This document shows, piece after piece, positions 49,523-58,618 of a DNA stretch of 64,000 bases. Source of the stretch: an uncultured bacterium (GTDB lineage Bacteria > Patescibacteriota > Minisyncoccia > Phycocordibacterales > PALSA-1337); assembly GCA_963848635.1 (NCBI GenBank), contig CAWKEA010000005.1, positions 352,585 to 416,584 on the forward strand, in the 5' to 3' direction. Positions within the stretch are counted from its first letter, which is position 1. Each line of letters opens with the position of its first letter. The notes under the pieces are model-generated. The model was not told the origin of the DNA and did no database searches. It worked only from the letters and a program-made list of their open reading frames with translations. The translations under genes and the position numbers were made by a program.

Positions 49523-49676
49523 GGAGACCTATTTCCAGGATCCCCTTATCCTCGTTAGATTTCCCTGCAAACCAAGCGTCCAGACATATCTGGCGCTTTT
49601 TCTTTTTATGTACGAGATGTCATCTTGACATGCTATAATCATTCAACCTCTTACTAACTAACATAAATAAGAAACT

Positions 49677-50273
49677 ATGACAAAATTTGAAGAAAAAAAG
49701 TTCGACATACCGGCGCTCAAAGGCATTTCAGCGAAAACGATCGAAGAGCATTTGAAGCTCTACGCAGGCTATGTAAAGAACTTGAACGGAATATATGATT
49801 CGTTGATAAAATACAACGCCGATCCAGTTGCAAATGCGTACAGTATAGACGAGCTATATCGACGTCTCAGCTTTGAATACAACGGCATGCGCAATCATGA
49901 GGCGTATTTTTCTTTGTTTGAAGGAGGACCAAAGCAATTGTCGGAAAAAAGCCCCCTCAAAAAAGCGATCGAAGCAGAGGCCGGCTCGCTCGACACATTT
50001 ATAAGTCATTTCAAAGCGATGGCCGCCACGACACGAGGCATCGGCTGGGCGGTTCTGTGGTACGACTGCAAAGCAAAATCTTTGATCGCCTCATGGGTCG
50101 ACGAACAGCATCTCGGCCAATTGCAGGACTGCGTCATGATCCTTGGCCTTGATATGTGGGAGCACTCATACGTTGCCGACTATCAGCCGTCTGGTAAAAA
50201 GCAATATATCGAAGATTTCTTCGCCAATTTGAACTGGGAAGTAGTTGAAAAAAGGTTCAAGGATGCGCAATAA
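49677..50273 (+). CDS. Fe/Mn superoxide dismutase
   Basis: EEHLKLY, RNHEAYF, GIGW, LDMWEHSY. Confidence 0.92.
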   Translation: MTKFEEKKFDIPALKGISAKTIEEHLKLYAGYVKNLNGIYDSLIKYNADPVANAYSIDELYRRLSFEYNGMRNHEAYFSLFEGGPKQLSEKSPLKKAIEAEAGSLDTFISHFKAMAATTRGIGWAVLWYDCKAKSLIASWVDEQHLGQLQDCVMILGLDMWEHSYVADYQPSGKKQYIEDFFANLNWEVVEKRFKDAQ

Positions 50274-50543
50274 AAAGCCAACGGATAAACGGATACGATG
50301 CCGCATCGTCTGGCTTCGTCCTTGTTTTGAGGATATACACCCCAAGCAAAAATCGTCCCGATTGGATTTATACAGACTAGGGTTGGCTATATCTCAAAAC
50401 CTTCATGTTTACAATGTATATACATTGTAAACATCGACAAAAAAAGAATACTCTAGCCTCCTCCCCCCCCCCGCTAGTTTTCGTGAATAATTTGTCTCGT
50501 TTTCCTTTTCTCTAAAGGTTTCCTGAACTGATTATTCAACAAA

Positions 50544-51044
50544 TTATTTTTGGCGAAGCTCAATCGGCGCATTGTCCGCAAAAGATGTCGCGATAACGTC
50601 TGCGCGCTCGTTGTATTCGACGCCGCTATGACCGAGGACGACTTTCCACTCGATATTTTTTCCATTGGCCGCCTTTAACAATTCCTGCCAAAGATCCTGA
50701 TTCAGAACGGGCTTTTTTGCCGCCGTGCGCCAATTTTTAGCCTGCCAGCCCTTTATCCATAAGGTCATCCCCTTGACCACATACTCCGAATCAGCGATGA
50801 GATCGATCTTTGAGCCGGCCGGCACTGCCTTCAGCCCTTCGATGGCCGCTTTCAATTCCATCCTATTATTCGTCGTATGGTCTTCCCTGCCCCCGATCTC
50901 CTTGACTGCATGACCGCTATTTTCTGCTCCCGTCCCTCCATTTTGATTTTTGATTTTTGAATTTTGAATTAGTATCGCCGCCCAGCCACCCGGTCCTGGA
51001 TTGCCTCGCGACGAACCGTCGGTATATATGGTGTATTCTTTCAT
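50544..51044 (-). CDS. rnhA: ribonuclease HI, with an in-frame heptamer-repeat insertion
   Basis: YTDGSSRGNPGPGG, TTNNRMEL, DSEY, GHSG..YNERAD. Confidence 0.95.
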   Translation of the reverse strand: MKEYTIYTDGSSRGNPGPGGWAAILIQNSKIKNQNGGTGAENSGHAVKEIGGREDHTTNNRMELKAAIEGLKAVPAGSKIDLIADSEYVVKGMTLWIKGWQAKNWRTAAKKPVLNQDLWQELLKAANGKNIEWKVVLGHSGVEYNERADVIATSFADNAPIELRQK

Positions 51045-51197
51045 GAGAGATATAGTACCACATAAAAAAACGTGCCCCGCCGAGCTGGCCGTGAACTTGC
51101 TGTCACGCTTCCAAATAGCGGGTAAAAACTTTCATACGAAAGTTGATATACACAACTTCCGCTGAAAATGCAGATAGAAAATGGTACGATATATGAT

Positions 51198-51659
51198 ATG
51201 GAACCCATCATAACTTGGGATACGCCGGAGCGGCATTATATGGAAAAGAATTCCGATTGGTATTGGGCCGTCGGCATCATATCGTTCACGGCGGCCGCAC
51301 TTGCTTTTATGTTCGGCCAAGTCATTTTCGGCGTGCTCATCATCGTCTCGGCGGTAGCGCTCACTCTCCATGCATCGACCGCCCCGCGCGTCATCCATGT
51401 GGAGATAAACGATCGCGGCCTCATCCTCGACAAGACCTTGTACCCGTTCCTCCACCTCGAATCGTTCTGGATCGATCCAAACAACTATCCCCCGAAAATA
51501 ATACTCAAATCGCAAAAGAATTTCATGCCGTATCTGCATGTCCACATAGCCGAAGACATCGATCCGGAAAGCGTGCGCCAATTGCTTTTGACGTATATCG
51601 CCGAAACAGAGCATGAAGAGCCTCTGACGATAAAGCTGATGGAGAGGCTCGGGTTCTAG
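51198..51659 (+). CDS. conserved CPR-type two-TM membrane protein
   Basis: ITW...EKNSDWYW, two TMs, ESFW, ends ERLGF. Confidence 0.75.
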   Translation: MEPIITWDTPERHYMEKNSDWYWAVGIISFTAAALAFMFGQVIFGVLIIVSAVALTLHASTAPRVIHVEINDRGLILDKTLYPFLHLESFWIDPNNYPPKIILKSQKNFMPYLHVHIAEDIDPESVRQLLLTYIAETEHEEPLTIKLMERLGF

Positions 51660-51700
51660 ATCTTGATTCAAAGCACCAGGCTTGCTTTGGCGCTTTATAA

Positions 51701-51775
51701 TGGTGCCCCCGAGAGGAATCGAACCTCTATTGCAAGATCCGCAATCTTGCGTCCTATCCGTTGAACGACGAGGGC
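51701..51775 (-). tRNA. tRNA-Arg (GCG), CCA encoded
   Basis: Cloverleaf; anticodon arm CAAGA-TTGCGGA-TCTTG; GGTTCGATTCC T-arm. Confidence 0.92.
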
Positions 51776-51833
51776 GTCGAATTTACGAAGACTTTTCCCG
51801 TGGCAAGACGGAAGCCAGTGCTAGCGGGCTAGC

Positions 51834-52097
51834 CTAGCCGAGCTTCTTGAGCGCTTTCATCAAGCGTGACTTTCTACGGGAGGCCGTGTTGGCCTTGATG
51901 GCGCCTGTTTTGGCGGCTTTGTCGAGAGCTTTGTAGAGAGCGGGGATCAGCAATTGGGCATCTTTTGCTTTTTTTGCGAGAACGAGCTTTTTAAATTGGC
52001 GGAGAGGCGTCTCGATGGCCGTCTGTCGGCGCAGGTTGAAGACATGCCTTCGCTTTCCTGCACGCAGAGCTTTTTTTGCCGATGAAGTTATTGCCAT
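51834..52097 (-). CDS. rpsT: 30S ribosomal protein S20
   Basis: SAKKALR, LDKAAK, NTASRRKSRL. Confidence 0.95.
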   Translation of the reverse strand: MAITSSAKKALRAGKRRHVFNLRRQTAIETPLRQFKKLVLAKKAKDAQLLIPALYKALDKAAKTGAIKANTASRRKSRLMKALKKLG

Positions 52098-52266
52098 AAG
52101 TGTTGTGCGGGAAAGAATAGCATAGGGCAAAATAAAAGTAAAGAAATACTGCTCCGTACATAGCACATAGCAACTTTTCCTCGTGCCAAGTACGATTCTG
52201 CTGAATCGCCTGCGAAACTCGCGTCGTAAAATCGTAAGCCACAGTCTAATCTGTTATACTTTACAT

Positions 52267-52845
52267 ATGATCGCCAAACTCACCGGCATTGTTTCGGATA
52301 TCGGCAACCGGTTTGTCGTCTTGGGCGTTGGTGGCGTCGGCTACAAGGTATTTGTCACCGATGACACTCTCCATCGCCTAAAGATCGCTGACGAGGCTTC
52401 CCTCTTGACCTATCTAGCCGTTCGCGAGGACGCGCTCGACCTGTACGGTTTCCCTTCAAAAAAAGAAAGGGATTTTTTCGAGCTCTTGATCGGCATTTCG
52501 GGCATCGGCCCAAAGAGCGCTCTGAACATCCTTTCGCTCGTATCTGCTGACGCCCTCGCCTCTTCGATTCAGACCGGCTCTGTGGCGCATCTCGTAAAGG
52601 TGTCGGGCATCGGCAGAAAGACGGCAGAAAAGATCGTGCTGGAATTGAAAGACAAGCTCGGCGGCATTTCCGACGGGTCAGGAGCATTCTCGGCCGGCAT
52701 GTCGAGCGATATCGATGCCATCATGGCTTTGCAGGCTCTCGGCTATGATTCAGACGAAGCGAGAGAAGCCTTGAAGAAAGTCGGGAAAGACGTGCGGGAC
52801 ATAGGCGAAAAGGTGAAAGCGGCGTTAAAGGTATTGGGGAAATAG
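52267..52845 (+). CDS. ruvA: Holliday junction branch migration protein RuvA
   Basis: GVGY, VREDALDLYGF, SGIGPK, GIGRKTAEKIVLEL, ALQALGY. Confidence 0.96.
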   Translation: MIAKLTGIVSDIGNRFVVLGVGGVGYKVFVTDDTLHRLKIADEASLLTYLAVREDALDLYGFPSKKERDFFELLIGISGIGPKSALNILSLVSADALASSIQTGSVAHLVKVSGIGRKTAEKIVLELKDKLGGISDGSGAFSAGMSSDIDAIMALQALGYDSDEAREALKKVGKDVRDIGEKVKAALKVLGK

Positions 52846-52937
52846 TGGGGATAAGTGTCCATTGACAAAATAAGCTTTGAATGCTAAGCTTTCCGCAGAA
52901 CGTGCAGGTAGTGAACCAATAAATTTGAAAGGAAAAT

Positions 52938-53312
52938 ATGAAGATAATCGTAAAAATGAGGCCAGTTAAACTGACTCTATTTGTAACCCTGGCGGCAGTA
53001 TGCATCTCATGCATTTACGGAGCGACTGTCCTCTCCGTCCTCGTTTGGGGTCATCAGGCTGCGTTTTATAACGGGGCCGGACACATGAAAGACGGGACGG
53101 TGATCAAGGCCAGTTTCGAGTGGGGATGGTTTGGACGAGCCGTACTTGTTACGATCGTCAAACCAACCTTTGAATTCTTGGCGACATTTGCTATCGGGAT
53201 GTTTACCCTGAAAGTATTAAATGCGGCAAGCGAAAAAAAATCCCGCTTGCCGCAACAGCAGCCATCGTTCCGATGGTATCAATTCCGGTGGCATCACAAG
53301 CCACAGACCTAA
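52938..53312 (+). CDS. hypothetical membrane protein with its own promoter, RBS and terminator
   Basis: TTGACA-17-TAAGCT upstream, GAAAGGA RBS, two TMs, hairpin plus T-run at 53333-53364. Confidence 0.6.
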   Translation: MKIIVKMRPVKLTLFVTLAAVCISCIYGATVLSVLVWGHQAAFYNGAGHMKDGTVIKASFEWGWFGRAVLVTIVKPTFEFLATFAIGMFTLKVLNAASEKKSRLPQQQPSFRWYQFRWHHKPQT

Positions 53313-53448
53313 AGCGGCACCAAGCCGCCCAGGACCCGACTGATTCGTCGGGTCTCTTTTTTTTAATGAGAATGTATTTCACACATAAATACAGATTATG
53401 ATGTGTGTCAATATGTGATACAAAGTATTAATAAGGCATACTTTAGCC

Positions 53449-54771
53449 ATGTTTGAATCGTTTCTCTCAAAAATAAGGCTTTTCATTCCCAAATTTATCT
53501 TTAGTTTTTTTAATCCCCCGTATCATTATTTGCTCGCGTTTTTCGGCGCTCTCATCTATCGCTTCCCTTCCCGAAAGATCAAGGTGATCGCCGTCACCGG
53601 CACAAAAGGCAAAAGCTCGACCGTAGAGATATTGAATGCGATCCTCGAAAAGGCGGGCAAAAAGACCGCCCTGACGAACACCATCCGTTTCAAGATCGGC
53701 GATGAATCTCGGCCGAACCTGTACAAGATGTCCATGCCCGGCAGATTTTTCATGCAAAAATTCTTGCGGGATGCGGTCGATGCGCGATGCGACTGCGCTA
53801 TATTGGAGATGACATCGCAAGGCTCGCTCACCTATCGTCACAGATTCATCGACCAGGACGTTTTCGTCTTTACCAATATTTCACCGGAGCATATCGAGGC
53901 GCACGGCTCGTACGAAAAATATCTGAAAGCAAAGCTCAACATACTATGCGATGGTTTGGCAAAGTCAAAAAAAACGGGCCGATCGGCTATCGTGAACGGC
54001 GACGACAAAGAGAGCCAGCATTTTTTAGACTGCTTGTATGGAAAGGATATACGCAAGCAAGATATAGCCTGAGTGATGCCGAGCCTTATGATATAAAGAA
54101 GGAAGGCATAGATTTCACCTGGCATGGCAAGAAAGCAAGTTCGCCTCTTTCCGGTCTCTTTAACCTGTACAATATTTTGGCGGCGGCTACAGCGGCCAAA
54201 GGCTCTGGGTATTTCGGACGACGTCATCCTTGGTGCGATTAAAAGATTCGGCGATATTCCGGGTCGCGTTGAAAAGATAGAGGCGAAAGGCCCCGATGGC
54301 CGCGCGCAAGATTTTACGGTCGTCGTCGATTACGCGCACACGGCCGACTCGCTCGAAAAGCTGTACAAAGTCTTCCGGCCTGATCCGGAAGCGCCGCGCG
54401 GCAACAAAAGACTCATCGCGGTGATCGGAGGCACCGGAGGCGGTCGTGACCATTGGAAGCGCGTCGAAATGGGCAGGCTCGCGGATACGTATTGCGACGA
54501 GGTGATATTGACTGACGAGGATCCTTATGACGAAGATCCAAAAAAAATCGTAGACGATGTGGCCAAAGGGATTGTCTCGAAGAAACCAAAGGTCATCATG
54601 GACCGAAGGCTCGCCATCCGCGAGGCGATCGCCCTCGCAAAAAAAGGCGACACGGTCTTGATCACCGGCAAAGGAACCGACCCTTATATCATGGGGCCAT
54701 ATGGGACAAAGACGCCCTGGAGCGACGCGGATATCGCGCGCGAAGAGCTTGAAAAGGCCTGGGTAAAGTAA
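53449..54771 (+). CDS. murE: Mur ligase, MurE-like (two indels)
   Basis: VTGTKGKSST, LEMTSQG, TNISPEH, FNLYN, PGRVE, VDYAHT, GGGRD, DEDPYDE, ITGKG. Confidence 0.85.
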
Positions 54772-54844
54772 AGCGGCCGGCAAGCAGGGCTCCGAATCGT
54801 CCCCCCCCCCTTCATTTTAATTTTTCAAATCCATATTTATCATC

Positions 54845-55747
54845 ATGCCCGAACTTCCCGAAGTGCAAACGACAGTCAACGGACTCAATAAACGGATACA
54901 AGGCTTGAAAATCAGCGACGTTTGGACAGATTATAATAGCCCGTTTCATACAGGAAAAGACTCGATAAAGGACCCTGCTTACTTCAACTATTTCAAGAAA
55001 GAAGTGACAGGCGCAAAAGTGCTCGGCGCGTCGAGGTTGGCAAAGAACGTCCTTGTAAACATACGGAAAAATAACAAGGATCTTGTTATTTTGATCCATA
55101 TGAAAATGACCGGGCACCTCATGTACGGCGATTACGACCGTGCAGATCCCTTTAACCGTTTCATTCATCTCGTCTTCACTTTCAACAATGGCAAAACTCT
55201 TGAGCTTTCCGACATGAGAAAATTCGCCAAGGTGACGCTCATTTCAAAAGATCATATCGCGGAAGGTTTGGAACAATCCCTTCACCTTGCACATATCGGT
55301 CCGGATCCGCTCGATAAAAGTTTTTCTTTTCCTTTATTTAAAGAAAGAACAAGCAAGAGACCAAACGGCCGCATCAAGACTGTCCTTATGGATCAGAGCA
55401 TCATAGCCGGCGTCGGCAATATCTACAGCGATGAGGCCTTGTGGCGGGCAGGCTTGAATCCGGAAGAACGGGTGAGAGACATCCCTGATCTATCTTTAAA
55501 AAAGCTGTATGCGGGTTTGAAAGATGTTCTAAAAAAAGGCATCGACTTCGGCGGCGATTCGATGTCCGACTACCGCAACATCGATGGCAAGCGAGGAAAA
55601 TTCCAAGGACAGCATAAGGTATATAGGAAGACCGGACAGACATGTTCAAAACCAGGTTGCAAAGGGATCATCTTGAGAAAAGTGGTCGGCGGACGGAGCG
55701 CGCATTTTTGTAGCGTGCATCAACGTTTGCTCAGATCAAGGGAATAG
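54845..55747 (+). CDS. mutM: formamidopyrimidine-DNA glycosylase
   Basis: MPELPEV, HMKMTG, DMRKF, GVGNIYSDE, C-terminal zinc finger. Confidence 0.96.
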   Translation: MPELPEVQTTVNGLNKRIQGLKISDVWTDYNSPFHTGKDSIKDPAYFNYFKKEVTGAKVLGASRLAKNVLVNIRKNNKDLVILIHMKMTGHLMYGDYDRADPFNRFIHLVFTFNNGKTLELSDMRKFAKVTLISKDHIAEGLEQSLHLAHIGPDPLDKSFSFPLFKERTSKRPNGRIKTVLMDQSIIAGVGNIYSDEALWRAGLNPEERVRDIPDLSLKKLYAGLKDVLKKGIDFGGDSMSDYRNIDGKRGKFQGQHKVYRKTGQTCSKPGCKGIILRKVVGGRSAHFCSVHQRLLRSRE

Positions 55748-56221
55748 ATCAAAGAGCCTGAAAAGGAACACTCCCGCGGCCACTCCGACATTCAACGATT
55801 CCTTCTTGCCCTTCATGGGTATCTCAGCGACGACATCAGCTAGTTTGAGCACATCTTTCGAGACGCCCTCAACCTCGTTGCCAAGGACGACTAACGTCTT
55901 TCTTTTAGCCTTGATCTTTCTATAATCAATGGAGTTCTTTGCCTGTTCGAGGGCTATGATAGCGAACCCTTCTTTCTTCAGATTTTTTATAAGAGGAACC
56001 ATCGATTCGACATGCTCCCAAGCGATCATATCCTCAGCGCCGAGAGAGACTTTCGCGAAATCTTTGCGTTTTCGGCCGAAGCGATCAATCGGAACCGGCG
56101 TTGTGCCGGCACAATATATCCTTGATATACCCAGCGTCTCGGCCGTGCGGAATATCGAGCCGACGTTATGGACGCTCCTGATATTGTCTAAGGCCACGCA
56201 TACGCGATGAGATGATTTCAT
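55736..56221 (-). CDS. TrmH/SpoU family RNA methyltransferase
   Basis: LDNIRSVHNVGSIFRTA, LGNEVEG, IPMKGKKESLNV. Confidence 0.92.
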   Translation of the reverse strand: MKSSHRVCVALDNIRSVHNVGSIFRTAETLGISRIYCAGTTPVPIDRFGRKRKDFAKVSLGAEDMIAWEHVESMVPLIKNLKKEGFAIIALEQAKNSIDYRKIKAKRKTLVVLGNEVEGVSKDVLKLADVVAEIPMKGKKESLNVGVAAGVFLFRLFDLFP

Positions 56222-56361
56222 GATTGGTGGAAATTGAAAAATGTAAAGACAGCAAGAGCCAAAAAAATGATACCGATGGTAAAAATGATCTTGCCGCCCA
56301 TAATCTTCCAATATTTCAATAAATACCATATACTATGCCCATACCAATAACAAGCATCATT

Positions 56362-56736
56362 ATGCATACCCTTTCGATCTTCCCGTATCTTCTGTCGTAT
56401 CAACAGCTATCGCCGTTCCTCATCCGCATCGTCCTCGGCGTGACTCTGGCGTATTTCGGCTATCACAAGACATTGGGCAACGGTCAAAGCTCTGGTTCGA
56501 ACAGCAAGATATATGGGGTGCTCGAGATAGTCGTCGCCGTCTTTCTCATCATCGGACTTTGGACCCAGCTTGCGGCCATGCTGAATGCCATCATTCTCGT
56601 CATCAAGCTCGGTTTCAAAGCAAAAGAAAAGAAATTCCTGACCGATGGAGTGAATTATTATATCCTGCTCCTCGTCATGGCGATTTCGCTCATATTCACC
56701 GGTCCAGGATTCTTGGCGATTGATTATCCGCTATAA
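56362..56736 (+). CDS. DoxX-like membrane protein
   Basis: LIRIVLG, LIIGLWTQLAA, GPG..AID; start may be 56335. Confidence 0.7.
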   Translation: MHTLSIFPYLLSYQQLSPFLIRIVLGVTLAYFGYHKTLGNGQSSGSNSKIYGVLEIVVAVFLIIGLWTQLAAMLNAIILVIKLGFKAKEKKFLTDGVNYYILLLVMAISLIFTGPGFLAIDYPL

Positions 56737-56779
56737 AGTGCTATATTTTGCGGTATGCGTCCATATGCGGCGCATATAC

Positions 56780-56852
56780 GCGCCCGTAGCTCAGTCGGTA
56801 GAGCATCTCCCTTTTAAGGAGTGGGTCGTTGGTTCGATTCCAACCGGGCGCA
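56780..56852 (+). tRNA. tRNA-Lys (TTT), CCA not encoded
   Basis: GCGCCCG/CGGGCGC acceptor stem, loop CTTTTAA, GGTTCGATTCC. Confidence 0.92.
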
Positions 56853-56853
56853 C

Positions 56854-57891
56854 ATGGAAAACAAAAAATTAGAGCTCGTCCTGTTCTCGGCGCTCATCGT
56901 CATCCTGACGGTCCTGATGTTCTTCGTATTCCGGCCGTTTATCAGCATCATCGTCCTCGCGGCGGTGCTGTCAGTCCTCTTCCATCCGCTCAATGAGCGG
57001 CTCGTAAAGGCCTTCAAAGGAAGAAGGAGCCTTGTCGCCTGCCTACTGGTCATCGTCGCGTTCGTCTTTCTGATCATACCGATCATGTTCTTTGGGCTCC
57101 AGATATTCGGACAGGCGCAAAGCTTCTTTTCCTTGACGCAAGTCGACCAGGGACAGTATATTCAGTCTTTCGAGCAGAACGTGGACACGCTCGTCCAACA
57201 TTTCATGCCGAGCTTCTCTCTGGATATATCAGGCACGGTCGACAACATCCTATCCTATGTATCCGCGAATATCGGCTCCCTTATTTCCCAGACCGCATAT
57301 GTGTTCTTTCAGATATTCTTCCTGCTGTTGGCTTTCTTTTTCTTCCTCCGAGACGGAACCGCAATGCTCAATTCGTTCATTTCATTGAGCCCTTTCGAAA
57401 AAGAGCAGAATAAAAAGGTCATCGACTCGACTTCGATGATGATCATCTCCGTAATCCGAGGAACGCTCTTTGTCGGATTGATACGGCTGATATTGATAAC
57501 GATCGTCTTCTACCTTCTCGGCATTCCCGACGCGCTTCTCTGGGGAAGCATCGGAGGGGTCATTGCCATGGTCCCTGGCCTCGGCACGTTTTTCGTCATC
57601 GTTCCAGCTTGTCTGTACCTTTTGCTGTACGGTAACATATTTCTCGTCATTGGCATGGCCGTCTTTGGCATCCTCATATTCTTCTTCGTGGATAATGTGC
57701 TTTCGACGCGCTTTTTCGGCAGAGGCTTGCATGTCCAACCGCCATTCATCCTCTTTTCCATCATCGGCGGCGTTATTTTCTTCGGCCCGCTCGGCTTCAT
57801 ATTCGGCCCTATAGTCTTGTCGCTCTTCATCTCGACAGTGAACGTCTACAGGATCCTCGTATTGCACAAGCCGTCGGATGCCGTCAAATAG
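56854..57891 (+). CDS. AI-2E family transporter
   Basis: Multi-TM; FFFLRDG, VIRGTL, VDN, IIGGVIFFGPLGFIFGP. Confidence 0.9.
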   Translation: MENKKLELVLFSALIVILTVLMFFVFRPFISIIVLAAVLSVLFHPLNERLVKAFKGRRSLVACLLVIVAFVFLIIPIMFFGLQIFGQAQSFFSLTQVDQGQYIQSFEQNVDTLVQHFMPSFSLDISGTVDNILSYVSANIGSLISQTAYVFFQIFFLLLAFFFFLRDGTAMLNSFISLSPFEKEQNKKVIDSTSMMIISVIRGTLFVGLIRLILITIVFYLLGIPDALLWGSIGGVIAMVPGLGTFFVIVPACLYLLLYGNIFLVIGMAVFGILIFFFVDNVLSTRFFGRGLHVQPPFILFSIIGGVIFFGPLGFIFGPIVLSLFISTVNVYRILVLHKPSDAVK

Positions 57892-58618
57892 TCAACGCGA
57901 ATTCTTCTAGAGACAGCGAGATGTCTGAAAGCCCTCGGCGGGAATCGTGGGCCATGCATATGAGGCTTTCCAAAAGCTCGCCGCTTTCCTTTTCTGAAAA
58001 ATTATTCGCGTATGATTTCGCTCGCGAAAAGGGAAATTCTTTCATGCCGGCTTCTTTTGCGTTCTTTGCTTGTTTGGCCAGGGCTATTGATTTCGCTTGC
58101 CAAAAGAGAGTGCCATGGATCTCTTCGGGCGAAATATCCTCGAGAAGGGCGCGGCGATAGAGGACCCATAGGTTCTTGCGGTCTCGCTTGCCCATTGCTT
58201 CGGCGAGCGAAAACACATTGAATCGCTCCTTTGATTTCGCGGTCGCCATCTTTTGCGCGGTGGTTTCCTCGAACTCCTGGACTTTTTCCGCGTGCTTTTC
58301 GAATTTTTTCAAGGAATCCCCGTCGAGCTTGCCCTCAAGGACGACAAAAACGTTCGGCGATGCCGCTATTTTGTCTATTTGTTCAAGGAAAACAGGCGCA
58401 ATATCCTCATCATCCATCAAATGGTCGAGTACGATTATGAATTTATTCTCAAAAAGCCCCTGACCGCCGCAATATTCCTCCAATTCCGCCTGATCCCAAT
58501 GTTCCGCGTCCATTTTGAAATACGCAGCATCAGGCTTCTTTTTCTTTAACGAATCAGCCAGCTCGTGCATTTTGAGCCGTGATTTATCAGTATCCGCGCC
58601 GTGAAGGAGGTAGATCAT
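57884..58618 (-). CDS. holA: DNA polymerase III delta subunit-like
   Basis: MIYLLHG, GQGLF, NVFSLAEA, IHGTLFWQ, LEEFAL. Confidence 0.75.
   Translation of the reverse strand: MIYLLHGADTDKSRLKMHELADSLKKKKPDAAYFKMDAEHWDQAELEEYCGGQGLFENKFIIVLDHLMDDEDIAPVFLEQIDKIAASPNVFVVLEGKLDGDSLKKFEKHAEKVQEFEETTAQKMATAKSKERFNVFSLAEAMGKRDRKNLWVLYRRALLEDISPEEIHGTLFWQAKSIALAKQAKNAKEAGMKEFPFSRAKSYANNFSEKESGELLESLICMAHDSRRGLSDISLSLEEFALTI

Noticed and set aside
50464-54810. Poly-C/G tracts (50464, 54801, also 36266) as phase-variation switches
   Set aside because: They are intergenic and not clearly within promoter spacers; homopolymer length is unreliable in this assembly
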